Origin: Amoebidium appalachense
Lineage: Eukaryota > Protista > Ichthyosporea
NCBI GenBank assembly: GCA_963693365.1
Contig: CAVNZM010000009.1
Span: forward strand, 9,570,546 to 9,598,971
Direction of reading: 5' to 3'
DNA length: 28,426 nt
Below, piece after piece: positions 12,321-28,426 of the stretch. The notes beneath the pieces are model-generated. The model had not been told where the DNA came from and ran no database searches. It saw only the letters and a program-made list of their open reading frames with translations. A program made the position numbers and the translations under genes. The first letter of the stretch is position 1. Each line of letters starts with the position of its first letter.

Positions 12321-13028
12321 CCTTTTCCAAGCCTTTCTCTGTTGGCTCTTCTTTTTCTTACCCCTTTTGCAATAGCCATACATGGTAAGATAAGGCTGGC
12401 AAGCGTGTTCCTCTTCTCCAATAAGCTGGGCCGTGTGCTCGTGTAGATGAAAGTCCAGATCCAGCTATGTAAACAAACAACTTCGGCCATGGGCTGAGCA
12501 CCAGTACGTGTACCGGGGCCAGCGTTATATATGTGCATGAGTGTATGCCACTAGTACAACATAGCTTTCACACTACCGTGACCGTGTACGACACACGCAC
12601 ACATGTAATATGCGTTCACAATCCAGGCTTTTAGTGTAAATGCACGTGCGTGCACAATGGCAGGGACAATCATATGCAGCCTTGCTGCGTTAGCATTACA
12701 CACATTCACTATTACGTGTTCCCTCTTCGATAAGCTGACTATGTGCATCACAACACCACTAGAAACACTTACGCTACTCCTTGTGCTGCTGTTGCTTCTC
12801 GCAGTGCCAATAGTACTACACGCTGGGCCTCGCATTTGGGTGTGGGGAAAATGCACATACGGGGTCAGGCATGGGCCGGGGTGGGGTGTGTTATCACGGC
12901 TTTATGCACGGCGCCGTTTTTGGCGTTCTCGACGCTCTTCCCGGTACTTTCTTCATAGACGCCACGCCCAGAGAACACAGAAGTTGCCCATTTGTGGTAC
13001 TGGCAAAGCCCGCAGCCTTTACATCCAC
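12321..13028 (-). CDS. Possible small spliced gene, divergent from the transposase
   Basis: Putative exons 13028-12898 (GCKGCGLCQYHKWATSVFSGRGVYEESTGKSVENAKNGAVHKA) and 12464-12362/12321 (LDLDFHLHEHTAQLIGEEEHACQPYLTMYGYCKR..) join in phase 0; the first donor (gtgata) is weak; start and stop not found. Confidence 0.3.
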
Positions 13029-13511
13029 CTGCATGCGCAGTTGGCAGCAGCAATCATGTGCATCCTTTTGTTTCAGTCTAGCTTCCAACTATATAACAGT
13101 TTCTCTCTGCCCGGCCACATGTTCGTCAATCATACAAACACGTTCCCTGTTTTACGTTGCTTATACTGCATTAGAAACCGCAAGCCGCCATTATGGATCC
13201 GATACCGTACAACACCACCACCTCTGTCGTTTGCAATTCACAGCATGCTAGTGTCTTTGATGCCATGCATGCTAGTAACAACATTTCGTACAACATATTG
13301 GTTCAATGCCATACTTTTTTCCTGCATATGGTCGTTTATATGCACACCCACATTGCAAAATCATTCTCTAGAGAGAAGGTATGCAGGCGGTTCTGGCCAT
13401 GTATTTGGAGCGGAAATGGTGGCCTTTGGGAAAGTTGCTAATACAACGGCATCCGGTTTGTGGTCGGTCTTCCTTGTGTGCTCTTTCGTTTTGTTGCTAT
13501 CTGTTGCAGCA

Positions 13512-17722
<4,211 letters not shown>

Positions 17723-17879
17723 ATAAAAACCCCATTGAAAACACGAATCCCTCCCCAAACCACGAAAATATATATATATATATATTTGAAAACTTGACTG
17801 AAAAACATTTCTATTGTCCCGCAGCTACGCTGCCGCCAACAATTGGTGTGTCCTTGCTAGTGTGTATACGTATGGGTTC

Positions 17880-18370
<491 letters not shown>

Positions 18371-18695
18371 CACGTCCGTTTGTGATAATCTTAGATATTG
18401 AATATAGATAATTAACTTCCGTATAGATGTAGAGTTCTCTAGTGTGAGCATGATATGAGTGAGGGGTCGTGCGTGTGTCTGTGTGTGCTACGTGGAGGTG
18501 TCATGTGTGCATGTGTGTGCCATGATGTTGATGTGCTCCTGGGCATGTGTCCGTCCTAGCGCATGATTATGCACGTAAGGGGGACTCCGACAAGGAAAGG
18601 GGGGGGGGGGGGGGGGGGGGGGGGGAGAGAGAGAGGGATGAGGGACAAGGGAGACAACCTCGATGAGCCTGGACTGCAGTCGGTATTTATATAGT

Positions 18696-19549
18696 TTACT
18701 TAAGAACAACTCGCTTGTAGGGAACTGTTACACTGGATGTCAGGCGCAAGACAGAGAAGTCCGGCTTCGTCTTGCCTTTGCATGACGTCGTTGTACGGTC
18801 TTTATAACGTAATCGACCCGTTTCATCCACATATGTTTCACGAGCACCAGGCTCGTCGTGCTTGCAAGCAGAGTGGTCAAACGAAACAACTGCCTTTTGG
18901 TAAAAAAACAAGCTGAACTTTTTCCCCTCCTGAACCTCAGTGAAAACATTTGTTGCGTGCTTATAATACAGATACTGAGGAGGGAGCTTTGCCAGCAAAT
19001 CGTCTGTATCCATCTCTACCCGAACAGTGATAGCATTCCAGGTAATGCACTCGTTCATCCACATTTCAGTGTAATCAAAGTACCCCACTATAGACAGCAG
19101 ACACAAGAAATCAATAAATGACTCTATGCGCAGGAGCACAACGGGTGGGCCATACTCTTTCTCTGCCCCATTCTTTTTGTACAGTTGCACCCTGTTTTCC
19201 AGTTTGGTGATTAGTTGGTTGCCGAACGCCGTTCGCAGGGCCCCCCACCTTTTCGTTGGCAACTCTTCTTCAATTGTTGCGAAGGCAGGGAGCGGGATGA
19301 CGTCAGTTGGGCTGTTTTTCTTTTTGTCCCCAACACGGGTCCACCAGACCTGAAACCCCCATGCAATGAGAGATCAACCTTTTTCATTTACTCACTATCA
19401 TAAGGCTCACTCTCCCGTTACACATACAAACGCAGCTGTCCGCTAACATTCCTTTCCCCTCCCCCCTCTCCCCCTCCCTCCTTTCCTTTTCTTCTATGTG
19501 TTCAATGGGGGACGGGGAGGGCTGTTTGAGGCTGTGTGTGTGTTGGTAT

Positions 19550-19580
<31 letters not shown>

Positions 19581-20682
19581 AGGGGGGGAAGGGGGGGGGG
19601 GGGGGAAGAAAGAAAACCTTACGAAAGCATCTTTCTCCTTAAATCTTGTACACGTCTCACAGGCAAACGTATGCAGCTTATCGATCAGCATTTTCCAAGT
19701 GAACCGTTGATGGGGCAGAGGAGTGCCCGTGGGAGGGAGGGAGGGAGGGAGGGAAAAGGTAATGTTGACCGACTCGAGTTGGTTGACTTCGTGTTATAGT
19801 TAGCGTGCAATTGTGGTAAGCATGCAGCTAAGAGTTGTGTGCTGAAGAAAAAGTAACCAAAAAAACTGTAGTAACAGGCACGGAAGTAGAGAGAGAATGA
19901 GAAACAGGGGTGTGTCGCAGAGAGGGGGGAGGGGGGGGGGGGGGGGGAAGAGGAGAGGAATCCACCCACCCGATCGCCTGTGTTGTTTTCACAGAGGAAA
20001 TAAACCTCCTTTTCGCCGTTATACTCTGTACCAGGCTCATAATAGTCGACCACCCTCACCCTGAGAGTACAAAAATAGTTCGTTAACACGAATTCGTTTC
20101 GGTAAACAAAAACAGAAAGCAAACCAATGTTTGCATTTGCTTTCTTTCTATTAATATGCATGACAAGCAACTAACAAAAGAAGTACGGAAGGGAATAGCA
20201 CACGCACGCAACATGCACTTGAAAAAAAGCCCATTCAAATCTCGCCCATTTGAATCTCGCGCCCACTCTCCCCACACAAAGAGTCTCGTGTACCAAGTGA
20301 TGCAGGGGACTCGTTTAAGAACAAAAACTCACGTTTTGCTGCGTTTGAAGCTGGCTCCAGCTGTGCCTTTGTGGCGCCATTGCTCCTTGTCCAGGTCAAG
20401 CTCCTTCGATGTTTCCTTAATGTTTCTAAGCTCTGAGCCATTCTCATGGCCCAAGATGTCGTGTCTAGTTTTCAAAAAGAGGCGACTATCGTCACTGAGG
20501 CAGGTATAGTTGTTGATGCACACTGCTGTGATTCTAGATTTTCCTGCCGCTACGTATTTGAAACTGATAACTTCTGCCCACGCCTGGCTTGTTGGGCAAA
20601 AAATCTCAATATCGGTCCCCGCCATAACTTTGTGACAGCCCAAACTTGAAGCAAACCGCTGAGAGAAACGTCGTTTCCACAC
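18696..20682 (-). CDS. Spliced protein of unknown function (at least ~390 aa), convergent partner of the transposase; first exon not found
   Basis: Exons 20682-20333, 20060-19970, 19703-19623, 19349-18696 join in frame with no stops (..FKRSKT|VRVVDYYEPG..NTGDR|FTWKMLIDKLHTFACETC..DAF|VWWTRVGD..KRVVLK*). All junctions are GT-AG except one acceptor that reads cgg instead of cag (19706-19704). Confidence 0.72.
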
Positions 20683-21086
20683 CTGTCAGTCCGTCAAAAA
20701 TAAATAGGCTGGCACACAGCAAATTCCACGTTTAACACGACCAATCAATCGTAACTGGTTTGCACTCCTTGACCGAACATAAGTTTTGCGGATATAGTTT
20801 TCATTGGTTATAGGAGGAAGTCTTGCATCTGATTGACGACCTACAGAGGTTGGTAGATGCTTTTCACAACTTACTGTGTGCTGGCGAAGTATAAATTCGC
20901 TAATACCTTGAACAATGGTGCAGTAAACGGCAAAAAAATGTTTATAATAGTTATTTTTGGCTATAAACTTATAAATCTAAGTATTTCTGCCCTACTATAT
21001 TGTTTTTTGCTATTCACCCCATGGGCTTAGCAGAAACTCTATCCAGGGTCCGGGAGGGTACGCGGCGGCTATTGGTTGCCGGTCCG

Positions 21087-21163
21087 AATCGGCTCCTGAG
21101 AAGTCATATGAGCCGATTGGATGCGGGTATGCACATACGCCAAATGATTGGATGCGGGTATGC
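21087..21163. promoter_or_regulatory. Subterminal 18-bp direct repeats with CCAAT boxes upstream of the minus-strand gene
   Basis: gattggatgcgggtatgc at 21115-21132 and 21146-21163; 9-bp inverted repeat aatcggctc/gagccgatt at 21087-21118. Confidence 0.5.
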
Positions 21164-21170
21164 GCAGGTC

Positions 21171-21199
21171 AATTTCCCATTTCCACACAAATGGCCATA

Positions 21200-21200
<1 letters not shown>
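21171..21200 (-). repeat. Right inverted repeat (candidate TIR segment)
   Basis: Reverse complement atatggccatttgtgtggaaatgggaaatt matches 11664-11693 at 24/30. Confidence 0.6.
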
Positions 21201-21234
<34 letters not shown>

Positions 21235-21883
21235 AAATGTTCCCGAACATAAAATCATCATTCTACGCCGTGTCTGTCAATATACCATGCTCACAAGTCA
21301 GTACTGCAATTATACTATTCTCAGTTTACTTCAAAGCATTCCCCCCCCCCCCCCCCCCTCCCCCTCCCCCCCCCCCCCCCCACCCCCCACCCCCCGGCCC
21401 TCTTCCCATTCCCTGCCCCCCCAAATATTTTATTTTATGTTTTTCATACTCGGTGACTAAAATCATGGCACCCGTGTTTTCTAGATATATTTCCTTTCAT
21501 TGTGTTCAACGTCTATGTGTGTGTGTGTGTGTGTACATGTTTGTGTGTGTGTAATGTGTGTGTATGGGCCAAGTGAAGGTTGTTACAGTATGTGTTTTTG
21601 TCTTCTTAGTTGTTTTTGTATTCTATTCGATTATTACTTTGTGTGTACATGTACATGTGGAAAAAAAACAAGTTACAAAAAAATTACCAATGACCACCGC
21701 CCAGCTTGAATCACCCTAGCTCCTAAGTGTAAAAAAATAATCATTATCAGCCACAAACCTTTCTAGTACACTCGCCCTAAATGTCATATTCACATTACTG
21801 AGTTGATTTACAGTAGTTGTGTTTCTTACTCTATTTCTTTCAACAACTGCCTGCCTATAGCTATTAAAACATTAAAATGTACA

Positions 21884-21914
<31 letters not shown>

Positions 21915-21924
21915 GCCACAGGCC

Positions 21925-21994
<70 letters not shown>
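21884..21994. repeat. (GT)n microsatellite
   Basis: Direct reading. Confidence 0.95.
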
Positions 21995-21995
<1 letters not shown>

Positions 21996-22571
21996 ATAGA
22001 GAATTTACCGTCCTCATCCCCGTGTCCCCCTAAACCGTTGTTAGCAGACCTTTGAGGTTCTTGTAATCGGATTGGTAGTTCTATTACATTAAAATTTTCA
22101 AAATGTCGTTGTACCAATGATATAGTTACTTTGTAAAACAAATGTCGCTGAATTTCTCTAAAAAAAGTGCGTTCCATTCTGGGTTAGAGACGAAAACCTT
22201 TTTGATACGGGAATCGCCTGATCTCTGCCGTCATTCAGGCCAGCGTGTTCACAGTAGACTCCGAAACCGCTGGTTTTTTTCTTTTTATTTCAAAGCCCCG
22301 AGTACGTACATCCTCTCTAGCCCAACTTTAGGGCACAGTACTTCAATTTTCTCATTATCAAATATATAGTTATTTTAGGCTTTTTCATTAGTGTCTCAAG
22401 AATATTTAGCGATTTTGATGTCATAAAGACAACTAAGCAACGTTTCGATGGTTTTTGATGCCTCACAAAATGATGCCCCTCCAAATTCCGGATTTGAGGT
22501 CCGGCAAACAACGCATTATATATATAGATAATGTTCACATGTACATGATCCTTCCCTCTCTCATCCCTTTC

Positions 22572-24015
22572 TGTGAGCTGCGATATTAGTAATCGAGTGC
22601 GAAGATATCAGTGCACGTGCCTTCGCTTACTGCATTTATTCATGTTTGTGTTCCTTGCCAATCAGCAAGCTCCCCCCCTGTCATCTTCCCATGCAAGTTA
22701 TCGGCAAGCCTTAGAAGTTGAGTTTTATACATGTTTATTAGTTTGTTGTAGTTTGTTTCCTTTTCCCTTTTCCCTTCTTCCTTTCTTTCTTTCCTTTCTG
22801 TTTCCGTGTGCACCGATATCTTAGATATGTGTACACATCGAGATATTTAGCTCGCGCACACGTATTGTCGTTTGTGTCAATATCTAAATATGTCATCCAA
22901 TCAGATCTCGTTGTATTTTCCCAAATATAGTAATCTACATTCCTCATTAATTCTATTCGATTCCTTTCCCATTCCTTTCCCTTCTTTTCTCACGACGTAG
23001 CATTGCTCTATGTTCCCCAACTATTAGGAATACTTATATTTAGACGTGTTATGTTAAGAACATGTATAAATGTATGATGTGAACTAATAGAGTACATAAG
23101 TGGTTTCATTTTGTTAAATGTTTCCGTGCTTTTATTAGAAGATTACTTTCATTAGAGGATTGCATTTTATCTTCTATGTGTCGACAGGCATTTCGATCGA
23201 TTTATTTTACACTCATAGTTTTGTCTTTCTGATTGGAAAATAGAGTTTTCGTTCTTTTGATTGGTTTATCGATTTCACATTCCCGAGTATAAAAGGAATG
23301 TCATCTTGAAATAAATATTAAGCAGTCGTATTCATTTCCTATGGTTCCAGAAATCGTTCCACCTCTCCGGTTGTGTTTCTCCCGTGTGTCTCTGTGTTGT
23401 GTATAACATAACACCCATCTGTGCTCTCTGCTTCTCCGTTTAGGTTTTATTTGTGGAAATTATTGACATAAATATTTTTCTGGGTAAACACGTAGGATGG
23501 GTGTCCGATATCAACAGGCTTCGTTTCATGTTTTAGCAGTTCGCGTTCGGCTGCCCGCATACGGGCACCTATGAGCCGATCAAAACATCAGATTCCACAG
23601 ATCACTAGACCGAGTCTGATTGGCTCAGGATAAGATTTCACATAACACTAGATCGGTTTTGATTGGCTCAGTTCGGCAGCCTTAGGTATATAAGCACGAC
23701 AGTTTTTAGCAGATCAGCAAGCAACAACACATCTTCTGTGTTTAGCACCTACAGCTTTACAGCTATATTTTCTTTTTCACCCACCCACCTACACCCTACA
23801 CTCAACCCCCATTGATCCCCACATACGTGCTGTTTTTTCACGGGGCGAAGACTTCCCCCGTTTTTTGGGCACAAGGACCTCACGGATCAATAAATTGATG
23901 ACTGGGGGCCTGCCGTGGTTTACAACCATTGCAGGTTCACTTTCGTCCAAGGGGATGTCCCCCTAGAGGCAACACACGTCCCGGAGTAGTTTTCATAGAC
24001 CCACACAAAACAACA
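22572..24015 (+). repeat. 5' LTR of a Ty1/copia element, interrupted by a 557-bp insert
   Basis: 22672-23441 plus 23999-24015 aligns with 27298-28027; ends ..caaca just before a PBS-like motif and gag; ATTGG boxes near 23232 and 23260 and TATAAAA at 23288. The start at TGTGAG 22572 is a guess. Confidence 0.7.
23442..23998. mobile_element. 557-bp insertion without TSD or TIRs, carrying CCAAT and TATA motifs
   Basis: Cleanly absent from the second LTR copy (ccgttt|acccac at 28010/28011); a related copy starts at 28168 at a different site. Confidence 0.65.
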
Positions 24016-24028
24016 GGTTTACGGCCCC
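24016..24028 (+). other. Putative primer-binding site
   Basis: ggtttacggcccc directly after the LTR-end CA; resembles the GGTTATGGGCCC half-tRNA PBS of copia; the second copy reads ggttttcggcccc (28028-28040). Confidence 0.5.
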
Positions 24029-24613
24029 TTTGCACGCTAACACACAATCTCGTTACAACCGCGAAATTCCTCCGTCTTACTGCTTCCACCATGACTGACA
24101 AACCGTCGTACATCAACCTTCCACAATGGAATCCGTCGGAAAAGAGAGATGAGAAATGTCTCAACTATTTCGAGTGGGAGCCACTCATCCACCGGTTCAT
24201 AAGAACAACCATTGCCGAGAAATTCGTTGATGCCATCAAGAGGCCACAGTGGGTTGACGGCACTGAAGCCAACCAGTGGCTAGGCTACGGCACCAAGGAC
24301 TCCTACAAGAAAGCTTCCGACGTCCTCGACCAGATCCTCAACCAGTCCGTCCATCCGACAGAGCTCTACGACTCCGGCCGGATGCAAGACGGTGTTCACG
24401 GTGGAGAAGTCTTCCACAACCTGCGTATGGCGTATGTGGCAGAGAAGGAGGCCCGAGTCACCCAGATTCAAGTCACCTACGAGGAGCTTGAAGTACGAGA
24501 CTACAGTATGCGTCCACGCATAACATACCGCCCCGACAAGGGTCGAGGTCGTTATGTTAAATTTTAATTAGTATCTAAAAATAGGATCCCAGAGCCCGTC
24601 TCGATTATGTTAT

Positions 24614-24657
<44 letters not shown>

Positions 24658-24910
24658 CCCGCCCGCCCGCCCTCCCGCCCGCCCAGGAGGCCACACTGGG
24701 CCTCTCCATCGGGCGGGGAATCCGCAAACCGCTAAATGACATAAATATAGTAGTAAACAAATAATAAATTGATCAAATGAATGAATAAACAAAGAATACT
24801 TATACTAGTTCCTTTTTGAGATGGTGAAAAAAAAAAAAAAGGGGAAATTCGGAAAAAAAAAAAACTTTGGAAAAAAAAAAAAGAAAAAGAAGCTGAAAGC
24901 GTGAAAGCCT

Positions 24911-25053
<143 letters not shown>

Positions 25054-25097
25054 AATATAAATCAATACTTGAAAGTCTAGCATTTAGTACATCAAGG

Positions 25098-25128
<31 letters not shown>

Positions 25129-25240
25129 CCCCTCCTCCCCAACCCGCTAAATAAGTAAATATAGAGGAAATCAATAAGTGATTGATTCAAATAATAATAA
25201 AAACATACTATTTTTTTTCAAGGGGACCAAACCAAAAAAG

Positions 25241-25276
<36 letters not shown>

Positions 25277-25447
25277 CAACTCATACAAACAAGGATGTAC
25301 TAGTCTTTCTGCTCCCTCACACCTTACTCTCACACCACGAATTTGGCACCACACACCTACACGAGTAAGAGGCAATCCCTCCCCCTTCGCCTCATACAAA
25401 TCCGTGTTCAGGGTTTCATCAAGCTCCAAACCATTACCGTAACTCAC

Positions 25448-25726
25448 ACGGAAAAGGCTCAGCGATTCCGCGCGTGTGGGGGCTCTGCGGCTCTCTAAAC
25501 TCTCCATGTGCGGGCGCAATTGTGCTTTTGCCGTTTCGGCTTGTGCAATTGCACGTGTGGTTGCGTTGTTGATTGTGTTGTTTGCGTTTACAAAACCCTC
25601 AGAAATGATTGCTTGGGCTTCTTGGGTAGTTTCCTGAAACTTGTCTGTGGCCTCATTTATTGTGTGCAGTGCACTATTCAACACCCCAAGTGCAGCTGCC
25701 TGCACCTGGACTACTGGCTTGGTCAT
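25448..25726 (-). CDS. Cargo exon, Ala/Thr/Asn/Gln-rich, probably amphipathic helix or coiled coil
   Basis: ATG at 25726, 93 codons (MTKPVVQVQAAALGVLNSALHTINEATDKFQETTQEAQAIISEG..), then a consensus donor gtgagt at 25447; downstream exons not identified. Confidence 0.5.
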
Positions 25727-27297
25727 GATCGGTGGGTTTAATATGCATTCAACCTGCCTATATGACTAGGATGTAAAAACTAGCTATACAAGACTGCTTC
25801 GAACTAGTTGGGGCCTTCGTATGTTTCTGCTCGTTTATCGACATAGTCGGCCACATGAGTCCTTTGCATACCATGCGATGTGCGGCCGCCGCCTATCATT
25901 GGCCCTGCCGAGCTTTGGGCGGTCGTTGAAATCACGGCGAACCACTGTTTTGTCTGGGAAAGAGATCGAAATACTAGAGATAGGGGGTCTAAACTGACCA
26001 GATAAACCCGATAATTCGTCCTACTATGTATAGGACCCCTTGGTGCGCTAACATAATCCCGAAAAATGACCGAGGTCAGTATGTTAAGATTTTTGAAAAT
26101 CGGCGTCGACGTTATGTTGTGCGCGGAGTATGTTACGCGCGGACGCACTACTGTACCCCAACGTTACAGCGTACCTCACCCGCCTCCAACGTCTGGCTAC
26201 GACACTTGCCTGCCTCGACGAGCCCGTCCAGCACAAGGATGTTGTACGCAAGGTCTTCCTTCACCTACGCAAGAACACCACCCTGGTCTGCACCGACATT
26301 GAACGTCTCTGCTCCGACTACTGGATGAACAACAAGGCCTACCAGTCCTTCAACCAGCTCATCAGTGACATCCGAGGAGCTGAAATCCGTGCCGGCCTCA
26401 TCGACGCAGGCACTGGTGCAACCGCCAACAGCCGTCCTCTTCGTGCACTTCAGAGCAGAGTGCTCCCCCCCGGTGACCTCCGTAACCGTATTCCTCGACG
26501 TGAGCATACACCTCACCGTTCCCCGTCCCGTTCCCGTGATCCTCGTCCGTCCTCCAAGTCACCCGGCCCCCGTTCAACTTCTCCTTACCCCCGTGGTAAC
26601 AGGGACAACCGTAACAGACAGCACAACAACAAGAAAGTGGAGTGTTCCTACTGCCATGAACCCCACCACATCACATCATGCCCAGAGCCTGGCTGTGCTG
26701 TTGCCCGTCGTGCCAAGCAGGAGAAAGGCAACAGGAGTGTGCAATTTGCACTCATCTCCTCCACCGGCACACCTCACCGTGACGACCCCGTCTGGGGACA
26801 GTGATTGCAATGCACACATCTGCCCCATCAAGGAGTATTTCTCCACCCTTACCCCGTGTACCGTGACCCCCATCCCCATTCAAGGCCTGGGCACCGACAA
26901 TGCCACACACCGTGGCATCATCAACATGACCCTGCACTACAACGGTAACTCAACCCCGTGCAGCATCAATGCTCTCTACGTACCCGAGTCACTGTCCTTC
27001 CTCGTGTCTGCCTCCATGGCCCCAACTGCCGGCCTCCTTGGACATTGTGACGATGCAGACACCCATCCGTCGTTCCTCTACAGCCGTAATGGTGACATTA
27101 TTTCCGACCTCACCCCCCTCAACGGTCTCTACTACATCACTAACTACGTGATTGACACCCCTCAACACCCATGGGTCCAAGCCTACACAGCAAGGACTCA
27201 ACCGACCGACGACCTTACCCTTTGGCACAACCGTCTCGGCCACCGTGCCCTTTCCACCGTCACCAGAATGGCCAAGGATGAGCTTGTCATCGGCATG

Positions 27298-28027
27298 CCC
27301 CCCTTGTCATCTTCACTTGATTCTCAGCAAGACTTAGAAGTTGAGTTTAGTATTTGTTTATTAAGTTTGTTGTAGTTTGTTTCCTTTTCCTTTCTTCCTT
27401 TCTTTCTTTCCTTTCTGTTTCCGTGTACACGACATCTTAGATCTGTGTACGTATCGACATACTTAGCTCGCGCACACGTATTGTCGTTTGCGTCAAAATC
27501 TATATATGTCATCCAATCATATCACGTTTGTATTTTCCCAAATATAGTAACTTACATTCCTTTCTCATTCCTTTCTCACGACGTAGCATTGTGCTATGTT
27601 CTCCAACTATTAGGAATAATTATATTTAGACTTGTTATGATAAGAACATGTATAAATGTATGTTATGAATTAATAGTTACATAAGTGGTTTCATTTTGTT
27701 AAATGTTTCCGTGCTTTTATTAGAGGATTGAGTTTTATATTCTATGTGTCGACAGACATTTTAATCAATATATTTTACACTCATAGTTTTCGTCTTTCTG
27801 ATTGGAAAATAGAGTTTTCGTTCTTTTGATTGGTTTATCGTTTTCACATTCCCAAGTATAAAAGGGACTTCATCTTGGAATTAATCTCAAGCAGTCGTAT
27901 TCATTTCCTATGGTTCCAGAAATCGTTCCACCTCTCCGGTTGTGTTTTTCCCGTGTGTCTCTGTGTTGTGTATATCATAACACCCATCTGTGCTCTCTGC
28001 TTCTCCGTTTACCCACACCAAACAACA
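27298..28027 (+). repeat. Second, 5'-truncated LTR copy of the same copia family
   Basis: Diverged direct repeat of 22672-23441 plus 23999-24015; followed by the PBS-like motif and a gag start, so it acts as the 5' LTR of a further copy. Confidence 0.85.
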
Positions 28028-28102
28028 GGTTTTCGGCCCCTTTGCACGCTAACACACAATCTCATTACAACCGCGAAATCTCTCAGTCTTACTGCTTCAA
28101 TC

Positions 28103-28167
28103 ATGACTGACAAACCGTCGTATATCAACCTTCCAATATGGAATCCGTCCGAGAAAAGAGACGAGAA
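28103..28167 (+). pseudogene. gag: Start of a second copia gag, interrupted
   Basis: MTDKPSYINLPIWNPSEKRDE matches the start at 24091; cut by the insertion at 28168. Confidence 0.85.
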
Positions 28168-28426
28168 AGGTTTTATTTGTGGAGTTTTATTGACATAAAT
28201 ATTTTTCTGGGTAAACACGTAGGATGGGTGTCCGATATCAACATAACCATGTAGGCTTCGTTTCGTGTTTTAGCAGCTCGCGTTCGGCTGCCCGCATACG
28301 GGCACCTATTAGCCGATCAAAACATCAGATTCCACAGATCACTAGACCGAGTTTGATTGGCTCAAGATCAGATTTCAACATAACACTAGATCGATTTTGA
28401 TTGGCTCAGATCGGGAGCCTTAGGTA
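28168..28426. mobile_element. Second copy of the 557-bp module (runs off the window)
   Basis: Aligns with 23442-23688 starting from aggttttatttgtgg. Confidence 0.75.

Noticed and set aside
12657-13511. N-terminal part of the 381-aa ORF as a membrane protein
   Set aside because: Composition is intron-like with no recognisable motif; only 13512-13615 has splice and motif support. Upstream coding exons cannot be excluded.
18696-20682. Calling the partner gene RAG2
   Set aside because: No visible kelch repeats or PHD finger; position alone is not enough.
23442-23998. Reading the 557-bp module as an intron removed in LTR copy 2
   Set aside because: GT-AG splicing would leave ccgtttagacccac, but copy 2 reads ccgtttacccac, and the module reappears downstream at 28168.

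Overview
Eukaryotic genomic DNA (GT-AG introns, long (GT)n/(CA)n tracts, many poly-C/G runs that look partly like consensus errors), made mostly of nested transposons. Most listed ORFs are low-complexity artefacts, so the real genes were spliced by eye. Main result: a ~9.6-kb candidate cut-and-paste element (~11620-21233) bounded by imperfect inverted repeats. It encodes a 4-exon, ~980-aa RAG1/Transib-type DDE transposase (+ strand; all RAG1-core catalytic and Zn motifs in order, plus an N-terminal Zn2Cys6-like repeat) facing tail-to-tail a spliced partner gene of at least ~390 aa. That is the ProtoRAG layout, but I see no kelch or PHD features in the partner. A third small gene may be present. 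Also in the window: tandem arrays (1-945), a 373-bp GC-rich near-perfect palindrome, a decayed multi-exon gene carrying a MITE, and a defective Ty1/copia element whose gag is split by a TA-flanked non-autonomous Tc1/mariner-type element with a cargo ORF. A 557-bp promoter-bearing module without target-site duplication sits at two different positions in two copies of the same copia family.
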